NCBI GenBank assembly: GCA_010093815.1
Contig: ML996592.1
DNA: 54,926 nt
From: Pseudovirgaria hyperparasitica
Lineage: Eukaryota
Strand: one strand, 5' to 3'
The position numbers and the translations under genes are program-made. Below are positions 1 through 13,283 of the stretch, piece after piece. Below the pieces are notes generated by a model. The model ran no database searches, was not told where the DNA came from, and saw nothing but the letters and a program-made list of their open reading frames with translations. Position 1 is the first letter of the stretch, and each line of letters begins with the position of its first letter.

Positions 1-682
1 GGGCTATAGAAGGAACCGAGTAAATAGATATATAAAGGGCTAACGAAAGCCTAAGTATCTATACTTATCTAAGCCCGAACGGGCGCTATAGGACTTCTAT
101 ACTATATCTATAAGAGAGGCGTTCCTAATACCTCCCTATAGTATAAGGCGTACGGCCGGAGAGGTATAATACGCCACTATCTAGCTATATACCCTAACCT
201 CTATATATAATAGTAATAGCTTATCTACGTCACGAAGACTTTAGATATTATATAATAGCTTAATAAGTATTCTAAGGACGTCTCCTAATAGATACTTATA
301 TATCTACTACTCCTCTAGTACTAGTAGACCTAGAAATATATACTAGAAGAGACCCGGTATACGCCGGTAGTAACCTAATATATACCGGAAGAACCCCGGG
401 AGAACCCCGATTATTAGTTAAGGATAGCCCTTAACTAATAACCTCCGTATCTATACGTGCTATCTAAGGGTAAAATAATAGTAATATAGGCTATAGGCTA
501 ATAGGCGTACCCTATAGCTATATACTTAAGACGAAATAGAGGTTTAATGAGATGTAGTTATAGATATAAGGAAGTTTTTCCCTATAGGGTTTCTTCTTAT
601 ATAGTGGCTTAGACTAGAGAAGGCATAGGCCTATAGAGTACTACTCTACCTAGTTATATAATATTATTATTATTATTATTAT
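1..682 (+). mobile_element. Tad1-like LINE family A, copy A1: 3' end (end of ORF2, 3' UTR, (TAT)n tail); continues off the left edge
   Basis: Near-identical to ~25303-25986 of copy A4; ends in ...CTACCTAGTTATATAAT(ATT)n. Confidence 0.9.
411..441. repeat. 31-bp palindrome copy 1 (LINE A1 ORF2 end)
   Basis: TTATTAGTTAAGGA-TAG-CCCTTAACTAATAA. Confidence 0.95.
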
Positions 683-2926
683 AGATATTATACTCCCCTT
701 AAGTTCTTTATTAAAAACTATAGCTAGAATCTTTATAAAGAATTCTCTTTACTTTAGAATATATCTAATTTTATCTATAGATACTAGAGTAAGTAAACCT
801 AGATAAAGATAGTATATATTTACTTCTAGGTCAGAAAATTCTAACTAATATTACTATATAATAACTAGTTTCTCTTCTTCTATTATAGACGGCTTATATT
901 TATAGTTAGAGTTAGAAATTATAGTACTATTAAGAATATTATAGTATATAGTACTATATCTTATACTATATTTATTATATATCTTTTATTTACCTTTTCT
1001 TAAGATCTTAAGCTTATTTTTCTTCTTAATTATAATATAATATAGTATAGTAATATTAGGTAGTATAGTTAGCCCTTTTAGATTTTATATAACTCTCTTA
1101 TCTTCTCTAGATAGAAGGTTAATCTAATAAAGCTTATATAATACTATTTATAATATCTCTATATTTAAATAATAAACCCTATACTTTAGAAGAGAAGGGT
1201 TCTACTAAGTAGGATTTTTAATATTAGTATTAGTAAGAATTAGTTACTTCTTATAGAGTATATATTAATTAATAGTAAGGTAGTAGAACTTTTTATTAAC
1301 CGTAACCGACTTTCTATTATTATTATAGTATAAGTAGCTATCTTTATAGAGAGAGTCTAACTTTTATAGTAGAATATAGAAGTTATTATCTTCTTTTATT
1401 ATAAAAGGTAATACTTTCTTTAAAGACTATATTTTTAATACTTAAAATAATACTATAAATCTATTTATAATATTCTTCTAGTAAAAGATATTATTAAGTT
1501 TTCTATAGAATATTAATACTATATAAATCTTAAGTTTATACTTATTAGAAAGGTAGATACTATAAGTTAGTATTATAAATCGGAGACCTTTAACTATGAT
1601 TCTAGAAGTAGAATAATTATAGACTAGTTTTCGTTTATTATATCTACTATTAAAGCTTTCTTTTTATTCTATATTAATTCTAATATATACTTTATAGAAT
1701 AGAAAAGTTTCTAATTTTATAGTTCTAATAATACTACTTATTATTTCTTTTATATAAGGGTACTTACTATATACTACTCGAGTTATAATAGAAACTATAT
1801 TATATTTTAGAGTAGTAGACTTCTTAATTCGTAACTTCTTACTCTTTATAGTCTTTTCTTCATTAATTTTACTTACTAAATAACCTTTAATATCTTTATT
1901 TCCTTTTAGCTTTTATTTATAATCTCTTTTAGTAGCTAGTTTTAGTAGAGTTAAGATATTTTTATTATCTAAAGTAACTTTAGCTAATTTATCTTTACTC
2001 TATACTATCTTTTATTTACTATAGATATAAGAGTAAGAAGAAATTAATAGTTATTTAAGATTATAGATAAAACTTATTAAGCTAGAGTCTCTATAAGGTT
2101 AAGGTAGAGAATAGAGAGATAAGTTATATATTAAGTTAAGAATAGATAAGAAGAAGATAAACTAATTAAGGAGAAGGTAAACTATACTTAGTAGTAAGAG
2201 TATCTATAAGCGTAACGTTACTATTACTACCTTTTATTAACGGTAGAGTAAAGTTTTCTCTTTACTAATACTAAGTTTATATTATTAAGAGACTTAATAG
2301 TAGTAAGTATAGTAATAATTATTTATAACTACTAAATAGTATTATCTTTATTATTAGCGTTATATATAGTAATACGTTCCCCTTAATAAATACTAGATAG
2401 TAGTCTATATTATATACTTAATAATCGATTAAGATATTACGTAGTAAGAAAGGCGTTCTCTAATCTAAGTATTAATCTATATAGATATAGTACTATAAGA
2501 ATACTTCTCTACTATTCTTACGGAATTCGTACTACTATATAGTAATAAATAATATTACTACGCCTTTCTTTATAGATTCTATCCTTTATATTATCTTACT
2601 TACTAGTACTACGAATGTTTAGAGAATATAATTATAGAAATAGTTATATATATAGATACGGTTTCGGTATAGTATGTTTTTTTAGATTTATAATATATCT
2701 AATATTAGATATAATACTTTAATAGACGCTTATACTTCTAAAGGATAACTATAAAAGAAGGAATATATATATATTATTAATAATAATTTAGAATTCTATC
2801 TATCTTAGGTCGGAACCTTTCGGTTTCTAATCTAAGCTAAAATTTTAATACTATATAAGAAACGCCTCTTAGTACTTAAGACTATAAATTTCTTTTATCT
2901 AGGTTCTCTCTTATAGCTTCTTATTT

Positions 2927-5900
2927 AAAACTTCTTATACTCTAAGAGACTAAAATTAGTTAATTTAGGGCGATATAGTAATTTATAGATATTAATTAAT
3001 AGAGTATACTAAGTATAATAACTTCTAATATATATATATATATATATATAGTATATAATATATAATAGTACTAATATATAGAGATACTATATATATATAC
3101 TTAAAAACTCTTTAGAGTAGTAAGTATAGACTACTACTAATAAACGCTAATATACTAACCCCCTTTATTAGTTAAGGGTAGCCCTTAACTAATAATTATA
3201 GCGGCCTTAGATACTAATATACCCTAGCTTCCACTAGGGATATCCCTACTACTAGTATAATAGAAATAGCTATATAGTAGTATATTCTAGAATAACTAAA
3301 CTACTATCTAGAAAATAAAGAATAACTAAGAGTATAAAATACTATAGATAACTAAGATAGAGGGAACTCCGCTAGGGGATACTCTTATAGATAAGATAGA
3401 ATACTAGATAGTATATATAGAAAGAGAGATTAAGAAGAGAGAGACTACCCTTCTTAATATCTTCCGGAGTCTAGTTTAGAATATCTAAGAACTTAATATA
3501 GAAGTAAAACGAGTACTAGAGTTAAACCTAGAGTCTAGACTAGACTAGATTAAGACTAGTCTATTAAAGATCCAGATAGGCCTTACCTAGAATAAACGCT
3601 CTAGTATATAGATATAGATTACTATACTAATAGATAGTATAACTAAGATAGTCTAGATACTAAGAATATCTAAGGAAGGAGCGTATAGTATATAAGTCGC
3701 TATCTAGAATAAGAAAGTACTTATATAAGTCTAGTAGACGTCCCTAAAGAATATTATTAATAAAATTAATAAATAGAAAGAAATATAGTTAAATATAGTT
3801 ATAGCTAAACTTACTCTAGAACGTATAGTACTAATAACTACTACTAATATAGTCTAGTAGACTATCTCCTATAACCTAAATATAATATATAATATCTTCT
3901 CTAGTATATCTATCTATATAAATATATATCTAATATAGATATATACTATCTCTATCTAGAGCTAAGTTATTAGAGATAATAATATTAAGTAAATAGAGAG
4001 ATCTAACGACTAGAAATACCCTAGAATTAAGATTATAAAGGTATAGTAGAAAAATATATAGAAAATTAAGATAAAATTAAAAAAATACTCTACTATAATA
4101 GTAGAGCTTAGAGACTCTACTCTTATCTATAGAATTATATAAGAAGACTTCTTAGCTAAAGGGGAACTACTTATAGTAGAACTATAGAACTAGATATAGA
4201 TAATAATCTAATACTTTAACTATTAAGAATATAGATATACTAGATAGAGATACTCTTAAAAGGCTATATACGGCTAGTATTTTTAAAGCTATAGTACCTA
4301 GGAATACCTCTACGGGACCTAGAGCGATAGTATATAGAATAGAGAAACTACTAAGTACTCTAACTATAATAGAAAATACCTATTCTAGTTAGTAATATAT
4401 ATAAAATATAAATAAGTTACTAAGTATATTAATACTATAAAGGTAAGAGAAGTAAGGTAGATATACTAGGCTATAAGATCTCTACTACCTACTCTAACCT
4501 TATCTATAATTATATCTACTAATCTATAAGAGGGCGAGAATAATATAGAATAGTATACTATATAGAGGAAGATAGGTTAACCCTAGAGTATTCTTAAGGT
4601 AGCTATAGTACGGGGATAGTCATGCCTTAATACTACTAGTATATAGGTCTAAGTATTCTCTAGTACCTAATAAGAAACTAAGATATACTTATTATTATAT
4701 AGATAAATATATAATATAAATAAGAAAACTAGACTATACTTCTTAACGAGATAGATACTATAATAATAGCTATCTAGAAGCTATATAAATACTACTAAAC
4801 TAATAAACTAATAATATACCTAGGGTACTATACTATCTACCCTCTAAGCCTAGATAGAAGAGTTCTATTCTATATATATAAATTAATTCTACTCTCTAAG
4901 TAGTTCTATATAAAAAAAGATAATCTCTAAATAATACTATATCTCTAGATAAATATAGAATCTTTCTATATCTATAATATCTATAACTAGAGAGAATTAC
5001 TTATACTAGATACTATACTAGAAGATATTATAGTACTAGAATAATATATTCTTCTAGATAACTTTAATCTCTACTATAGATAGTAAAGAGATCTAATAGT
5101 TATAAGAGAAGAACTTAGAGTAAGAGAACTATATATAAGATACTATAACCTTCTATACCTTCTTATATTATTTAGATAAATTATATAGAGGAAATATAAA
5201 TAGAATAAGAAGAGATCTATACTTAACCTTACTCTTATTATAGAATATATAAGCTATAGAGTATAATACTACTACCTAAGTAAGATATAGATAGACTCTA
5301 ACTATAAGTATATAGAGACTATAATAGATATATCTATATCTAATAAATAATAGAGAAGATAGCTCTAGAAAGATACTAACTAGAAGAAATATAGGGAGGA
5401 CCTAGAACTAGTAATTCTAGACCCCTCTATAGTTAATATATCTAATAGCCTAGCTATAGATAGAGCTATATAAGTCCTTCTTTAAGTCTTCTAAGACTTA
5501 AGAGATAAATATATACTATACTAAATATATAAGCCTCTAGATATAAGGGGTATACCTTAAATATATAAAAGTAGATAGAAAGTCTAGAGACTATATATAC
5601 GTGTATACTATATCTAGATAGCTAAGGTATAGAAGAAATAGAAAGAGATAATCTAATCTTATAATAGAACCCTCTATAATAAATAATATAAATACTAGTA
5701 TATAATTACTAATAAATATACATAATAAGCTATAGAGCTATAGTATATAGTAAAGTAGACTAAGGGTATAGATATACTAATACTACTACTACTAATACCT
5801 CCTCTAATATACTAGAGGAGAATATATACTATAAGCCCTAAAAAGATAGAGATCCTCTAAAAGATTATATTTTCCCCTCTAGAGCTAGTAGATCTATTAG

Positions 5901-6046
5901 ATATTAATAATACTATATATCTAGATATAGTTAATATCCCTATAGAGATTATAGAAGAGAATATACTTAATACTATTAAAGTACTTCTAAATAATAAAGT
6001 ATCTAGACTAGATAGAATACTAAATAGATGCCTTAAATATACTATA
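2927..6046 (+). mobile_element. LINE family A, copy A2 (heavily RIPed subfamily), 5' part: 5' UTR, ORF1, APE endonuclease, start of RT; interrupted by copy A3
   Basis: 5' end AAAACTTCTTATACTCTAAGAGACTAAAATTAGTTAATTTAGGG matches the 5' ends of A3 and A5; colinear with A4; relics of IQE, DFNLHH and KAPGPDG motifs. Confidence 0.85.
3165..3195. repeat. 31-bp palindrome copy 2 (LINE A2, just upstream of ORF1)
   Basis: TTATTAGTTAAGGG-TAG-CCCTTAACTAATAA. Confidence 0.95.
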
Positions 6047-6284
6047 ATAATAATAATAATAATATTATATAACTAGGTAGAGTAGTACTCTATAGGCCTA
6101 TGCCTCCTCTAGTCTAAGCCACTATATAAGAAGAAACCCCATAGGGAAAAAGTTCCTTATATCTATAACTACATCTCGTTAAACCTCTATTTCGTCTTAA
6201 GTATATAGCTATAGGGTACGCCTATTAGCCTATAGCCTATATTACCGTTATTTCGCCCTTAGGTAGTACGTATAGGTGTAGAGG

Positions 6285-6315
6285 TTATTAGTTAAGGGCT
6301 ACCCTTAACTAATAA
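6285..6315. repeat. 31-bp palindrome copy 3 (LINE A3 ORF2 end)
   Basis: TTATTAGTTAAGGG-CTA-CCCTTAACTAATAA. Confidence 0.95.
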
Positions 6316-7253
6316 TCGGGGTTCTCCCGGGGTTCTTCCGGTATATATCGGGTTACTACTAGCGTATACCGGGTCTCTTCCGGTATATATTTCTAGGTCT
6401 ACTAGTACTAGAGGAGTAGTAGATATATAAGTATCTATTAGGAGATATCCTTAGGGTACTTATTAAGCTATTATATGATATCTAAAGTCTTCGTAACGTA
6501 GATAAGCTATTACTATTATATATAGAGGTTAGGGTATATAGCTAGATAGTAGCGTATTATACCTCTCCGGCCGTACGCCTTATACTATAGGGAGGTATTA
6601 GGAACGCCTCTCTTATAGATATAGTATAGAAGTCCTATAGCGCCCGTTCGGGCTTAGATAAGTATAGATACTTAGGCTTTTATTAGCCCTTTATATATCT
6701 ATTTACTTAGTTCCTTCTATAGCCCTCGAATCTACTCTAGGTACCTATTCTACTAGAAGGTCTAGTAGATATAGAGTGCCTCTTTCTACTTATCTTAAGT
6801 CTATAACTATATATTTTTTATAAGTTCTTAAAGGCTCTACTAGTCTAGGAGAGCGTCTAGGTTATCTCGGACTTCTTATACTACTTAGCTAGAGTCGGCT
6901 TCTATTAATCACCTATACCGTATTTAATTCCGGCCTATATATAGGAGTACACGGTAATATATACTAATTTATATATATAGCGCGGCGAAAGTATATTCTA
7001 CGTTTCCTATACGTTCCTATACTTATTATTTAGTAAAGTATATTACCCTCTATATCTAGTAGAAGTTATATATACTTATAACGTCTATCTTACGTCGTAG
7101 TAGTACCATATTGGTAGCTTTATATACGCCTAATATAAGACGGAGTATACGGTTCTATATAGATTCGAGCTTTATTCGCCTAGTCTATATAAGGGCCGTA
7201 TACTAGTACTCGTGTCCGTACGTAAAGGCGGGTCGTACTATAGATATATATAG

Positions 7254-8138
7254 NNNNNNNNNNNNNNNNNNNNNNNNNNNNNNNNNNNNNNNNNNNNNNN
7301 NNNNNNNNNNNNNNNNNNNNNNNNNNNNNNNNNNNNNNNNNNNNNNNNNNNNNNNNNNNNNNNNNNNNNNNNNNNNNNNNNNNNNNNNNNNNNNNNNNNN
7401 NNNNNNNNNNNNNNNNNNNNNNNNNNNNNNNNNNNNNNNNNNNNNNNNNNNNNNNNNNNNNNNNNNNNNNNNNNNNNNNNNNNNNNNNNNNNNNNNNNNN
7501 NNNNNNNNNNNNNNNNNNNNNNNNNNNNNNNNNNNNNNNNNNNNNNNNNNNNNNNNNNNNNNNNNNNNNNNNNNNNNNNNNNNNNNNNNNNNNNNNNNNN
7601 NNNNNNNNNNNNNNNNNNNNNNNNNNNNNNNNNNNNNNNNNNNNNNNNNNNNNNNNNNNNNNNNNNNNNNNNNNNNNNNNNNNNNNNNNNNNNNNNNNNN
7701 NNNNNNNNNNNNNNNNNNNNNNNNNNNNNNNNNNNNNNNNNNNNNNNNNNNNNNNNNNNNNNNNNNNNNNNNNNNNNNNNNNNNNNNNNNNNNNNNNNNN
7801 NNNNNNNNNNNNNNNNNNNNNNNNNNNNNNNNNNNNNNNNNNNNNNNNNNNNNNNNNNNNNNNNNNNNNNNNNNNNNNNNNNNNNNNNNNNNNNNNNNNN
7901 NNNNNNNNNNNNNNNNNNNNNNNNNNNNNNNNNNNNNNNNNNNNNNNNNNNNNNNNNNNNNNNNNNNNNNNNNNNNNNNNNNNNNNNNNNNNNNNNNNNN
8001 NNNNNNNNNNNNNNNNNNNNNNNNNNNNNNNNNNNNNNNNNNNNNNNNNNNNNNNNNNNNNNNNNNNNNNNNNNNNNNNNNNNNNNNNNNNNNNNNNNNN
8101 NNNNNNNNNNNNNNNNNNNNNNNNNNNNNNNNNNNNNN
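7254..8138. other. Assembly gap (885 N) inside LINE A3
   Basis: N run; the equivalent segment in A4 is ~1.1 kb of RT. Confidence 1.
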
Positions 8139-10820
8139 TCTAATAGGTCTACTAGTTCCGGGAGAGGGAATATAGCCTTCTATAGGGCCTTAGTTTTCTT
8201 AAGGCTCGTAGAGTATATTCTCCCCTAATATATTAGGGGAGGCATAAGTAGCGGGGGTGTCGGAGTATCTATGCCCTTAGCCCATTTCGCTATACGCCAT
8301 AGCCCTATTACGTATTATATCTATTAACTAGTAATTATACGCTACTATTTACGCCTTTCGTTATAGAGGACTTTATCGCGTTATTATATTACTTTCTTCT
8401 ATTCTTCCTACGACTCGGGTGTTCTTATATAGTATACGCGTATGTATAGTCTTTAGGCGTCTTATCTACTTTCCTATACTTAAGGAATCCCCTTTGCTTC
8501 CGGGGGCTAGTATATTTAGTATAGTACGTGTTTATTTCTCGCATTCTAGTATATTTATAGGAGTATCTATACGGCCTAGTCTATGGCTAGGTCGTTAGAT
8601 ATATTAACTATAGAGGGATCTAGGATCGCCGATTCCAGGTCCTTTAGGTACTTTTCCTAGTTAGTATCCTTCTATATCTATTATCCCTATTATTTATTCG
8701 GGGTATATATATTTATTACGGTTTCTATGTATTTATAGTTGGAATCCGTCTATACCTAGCTTAGGCGGTAGTATTAGATCTAGTAACTAATATACTCCGT
8801 GGCGAAGGTAAGGTTAAGCATAGACCCGTCTTTATTCTATTTATATTTTTTCTATATAACTTATTCTATAGGTATAAGTAGGTATAGGAAGTCGTGGTAG
8901 CGGGTACGTAGTTCCCTTACTCTAAGTTCTTCCCTTACCACGGCTAGGCCTCCCTACTATTAGTAGTAGAGATTAAAGTCTTCTAGGAGGATATGTTACC
9001 CTAGTTCCGTAGTACTCTCGAGTATCTCGTCTAGTGTAAGTACACGTTATTAGTTATATATGTTATATATATATAGGGGGCCTATATCTATTTATAGGTA
9101 TAGTATTATCCTAAGGTTATCGCGCTTAGTATACGACTATAATAAGAGTAGTATTAACCTATAAATGTGGAAGAGGACTCGTCTTTCTAGTCCTAGAGGG
9201 TGTATAGTATAGTATCTAGGGTATATGGTTAGTTTACTCGTCTAGTAGTGTTTATAGGGTTCCTAGATAGCGAGTATTATAGCCCCGGTCTCTTCGAGGA
9301 GCGTCGCCTAGTTCTCTCTTTTATATTATATATTTATCTATATAATTTAGAGTATATTCTAGTCCCTTATTAGGTACTAGGGAGTATATATATCTATATA
9401 CTTATTCCTTAGAGGCGCGACTATCCTTACGCGGTAGCGGCTTTAACTATACCTTTTAGTCGTCCTATTATCTTTAGAATAGTCTACTATCCCGCCTAAC
9501 TACCTTCCGGAGGGGAGGTTAGGGGTATTATAAAGAAAGGGCCCGTAGTAGGTGTTATATTCTATAACTATCTCGCGCCTCTCGCTTTTATCGTACGAAT
9601 GTATTCTATGATCTATTTGCGTTTTATGTATGTTAACGACCACAACGGGTGTTTCCCGTTATAGTTTAAATACTATACTATATCCCTGTTTCTTAGTCCG
9701 TCTCCTTACGGTTTATAAGGGCACTTCTAGGTAGTGTGGTTTCTACGGTACTATCCGCACTTAGTCTTCTATAAGCACCTTTATATAGTATATCTATACC
9801 CTTAATAGTTAAAGTACTATATTATTATCTATGCCCTATTCTATGGCTCGGCTATAAGGAGCTCTCCTTCTACTAGGAATCCCTCCTATATAATACGTTA
9901 TATAAGGGCGGGGTCTTAGAGCTCTATAATTATAGTAGAGTGTTTTTTCGCCGTCGTCTTAATCGTCTATAGGTTCTTCTACTACGCTTTTACGATCTTA
10001 ATCCCTAGGTATTTTCGCGTGTTAGATTATTCTATACGCGTAATATCCTCCGCTCTAATAGCCTATCCCCGCACGGGTACTATATATACTATAATTAGGT
10101 ATATAGCTACTCTAATAGACGCGCCGGGGAAGATACTATCTATCGCGTTCGGATCTCGTAAGATGTTTTACTACGTAGTATTTATTATAGTAGTAAGTAC
10201 TATCCTATCTAGTATAACTTTAGTAGCCACGACGCTTAACTATATTCCTTTCTATTTATTAATCTTATTTATAATTTCCTTTGAAGATACCTATTAGACC
10301 TGCGCCAGCGTGTCCTTATTCTAGATTATAATATATATACTATATACTCTATCTATAGTCCTAGTAGTCCTTAGTGCGGTAGCTCCGGGTGTTACTATAA
10401 TCTAAGCCCACGTATTAGGGCGCTTACCTTAGGATAGCTCTTCCTAGATTCTCCGTAGGCTGGCTTCTATTTAGTCGAGCCTACTACTAGGTTCCTCTTA
10501 TAGCGACTTCCTTTCTTCCTCTATAATTTCTCTTAGATTCCGGATAAGGTCCCGGAATATATAAAGGAGGGTCTTCTTTCCCTTCTCGGCGTCCCTCTCT
10601 ACACGTATTACCTAGTATTTAATTTTATCTAGGAGGGTCTCCCCTCTCGGGGTCCCCTCGGTCTAGGTTATCTATAGCGCTTCGCACCCTTAGTTAGTTC
10701 CTATATTTTAGATAGGTGTCTAGCTATCTATATTAATATCGCTATATAGCCGTTTCTACCGTACTAGTAGGGGTATATCCGGCGTCTACCGGGGTATTAT
10801 GATACCTAAGGCCGCCATAG

Positions 10821-10851
10821 TTATTAGTTAAGGGTAGCCCTTAACTAATAA
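10821..10851. repeat. 31-bp palindrome copy 4 (LINE A3, just upstream of the ORF1 ATG; spacer inverted relative to the element)
   Basis: Plus strand reads GGG-TAG-CCC although the element is on the minus strand. Confidence 0.95.
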
Positions 10852-11087
10852 AAGGGGGTCGGCGTGTCGGCGTTTATTAGATATAGTCTATACTTATATT
10901 ATCGAAGAGTCTTTAAGCGTATATATATAGTATCTCTATACGTTAGTATCGTCGCGTATTATATACTATACGTATACACGTATGTCGGAGGTTATTATAC
11001 TCGGTATACTCTATCGTTTAATGTATGTAAATCGCTGTTTTACCCCGAATTAACTAGTTTAGTCCGTTGGGGTGTGAGAAGTTTTTT

Positions 11088-13283
11088 TTAAATATACTAT
11101 ATAGATAACCCTACTACTTATTAGTCTTACCTTCTAGGTATATACTAAGAATAGATACTATCTCTAAAGCTTCTAGACTATCTATACTATTATACTTCTA
11201 AAGCTAGAGAAGAACTCTAACTCCCTAAAAGAATAGAGACTAATTACCCTTCTCTTCTATCTTAGTAAGATACTTAAGATTATAATTATAAAGAAGATAA
11301 GTACTATAGTATAAGAATATAACCTTCTTCTAGCGAACTAGAAGATAAAGACTAGAAGCTCCCTAATTACTACTATCTAATATATTCTTAAAGTTATTTA
11401 GACTATATAGAAGTATAGATATATAGTAATATTACTCTCCCTTAATATAGCCGGCGTATTTAATAAGGTAAACTATATAAGACTTATCTATAATCTATGG
11501 AAGAAATATATACCTAAATAGATTATAAAGTTTATATAGTTCTTCCTTACTAAGAGAATTATCTAGATATATATCTCTAGATATTAAAGTAAATATAAGA
11601 AGATAATATATAGTATTCTATAAGGAAGTACTATCTCTCTAATTCTCTTTCTTTTCTTTACTATAGACCTTCTATAAGAGATATAATATATAGAGATAGT
11701 AGGATATACTAATAATATATACCTCCTAGCTATTAATAATTATACTAGTTTTATATATAAACTTCTTAAATAAGACTATAAGAGATATATCTAGTAGATA
11801 AAGTACTATAGAGTAAAGTTCGCCTCTAAGAAATACTAACTTATATACTTTATTAACTACTATAGAAGATAGACTACTAAGGAAGAAGAGTAATATTCTA
11901 GAATAGAGGCTTTTACTAAATTACTAATATAGAGTATATATATACTTAGTATTATAATTAATAATAAACTTAAATAGGGTCTATAGATTATATATACTAT
12001 ATCTAGGGCCCTTAAAAGAGAAACTACTATACGCTAGATATAGAGAACCACCTAGAATAAGGCGCGCTAGCTATACATCTCTATAGTATAACCTACCTTT
12101 ATATATAGATATAAGTACTAGTATACGGCCCTTCTATAGACTAGATAAATAAAGCTTAAGTCTATATAGAACTATATACTCTACCTTATATCTAGTATAT
12201 ATAAAGCTACCTATATAGTACTACTATAATATAAGATAAACGTAATAAATATATAAGACTTCTACTAGATATAAAGAGTAATATATATTACTAAATAATA
12301 AGTATAGAAATATAGGAGATATATAGAATATACTTTCGCTATACTATATATATAAGTTAGTATCTACTATTAAGCGCTACTATATATAGACTAAACCTAG
12401 ATATAATATAGATATCTAATAGAGATAGACTTAAATTAGATTATATAGAAGATAGAGAATAATCTAGATATCTCTCTAGACTAGTAGAACCCTTAAGAGC
12501 TTATATAGGCTATAAAATTATATATCTAGAATAAATAGAGAAAGACTCTCTAGATCTAATAGATATCTTAATAAAATAGATATCTAGAGTAGATTTAAGG
12601 ACTATAGAAGAAACTAAGTAAATAGATATATAAGAGACTTATAAAAGCCTAGATATTTATTCTCCTCTAAGCCTAAACGGAAGCTATAGAACTTCTATAC
12701 TATCTATACTAGAGGGGTATCTCTAATACGTCTCTATAGTATAAAGTATATAGCTAAAGAGGTATAATATAATACTACCTTATAATATATATAGACCTCT
12801 ATATATAAAGATAAATACTTATCTATATAATAAAGACCTCTAATATTATATACTAGCTTAATAAGTACCCTAAGAAGATTACCTAGTAGATACTTATATA
12901 CTTTCTACTCCCTTAGTACTAGTAGATCTAGATATATATACTAGAAGAAGCTAGATATATACTAGATAAGCCCTAGTATACGCCGGAAGAACTATAGAAG
13001 AACCCTAATTATTAGTTAAGAGTAGCCCTTAACTAATAACCTACGTACTCTATATATACTATCTAAGGGTAAAATAATAGTACTATAGAATATAGGTCTA
13101 TAGATATTTCTAATAGCTATATACTTAAAATAACGTAAAGACTTAATAAGATATAGTTATAGAGAGAAGGAAGTTTTTTCTTTTATAAAGGTTTCTTCTT
13201 ATATAATAGTCTAGACTAGAGAAGGTATATATCCATAGAGTAAACTACTCTACCTAGTTATATAATAATATTATTATTATTAT
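11088..13283 (+). mobile_element. LINE family A, copy A2, 3' part (RT, C-terminal zinc knuckle, 3' UTR, tail)
   Basis: Resumes exactly after the TSD; relics of LLSLD.AGAFDKV, PQGSTISPILF, GY.DD and KFAP.KY; (TAT)n tail to 13283. Confidence 0.88.
13009..13039. repeat. 31-bp palindrome copy 5 (LINE A2 ORF2 end)
   Basis: TTATTAGTTAAGAG-TAG-CCCTTAACTAATAA. Confidence 0.95.

Larger units (their letters stand above)
6047..11087 (-). mobile_element. LINE family A, copy A3, full length, inserted into the RT region of A2
   Basis: (AAT)n tail from 6047; 5' end at 11087; 14-bp TSD TTAAATATACTATA at 6033-6046 and 11088-11101; the uninterrupted site is single-copy in A5 (~28770-28783); ORF1 ATG preserved at 10818. 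Confidence 0.92.

Noticed and set aside
6245..6315. Hammerhead ribozyme: the de-RIPed palindrome gives CTGATGA, and a GCGAAA follows ~30 nt later in the 3' UTR copy
   Set aside because: No proper 10.1-11.1 closing pair, no correctly placed NUH/stem III, the core is sequestered in the hairpin, and the 5' copies lack a downstream GAAA. An Infernal search on a deRIP consensus would settle it
10019..11091. ORFs 10019-10297 and 10864-11091 (and 21489-21767) as membrane proteins
   Set aside because: Antisense to RIPed LINE ORF1/5' UTR; the I/Y/L richness is a RIP composition artifact
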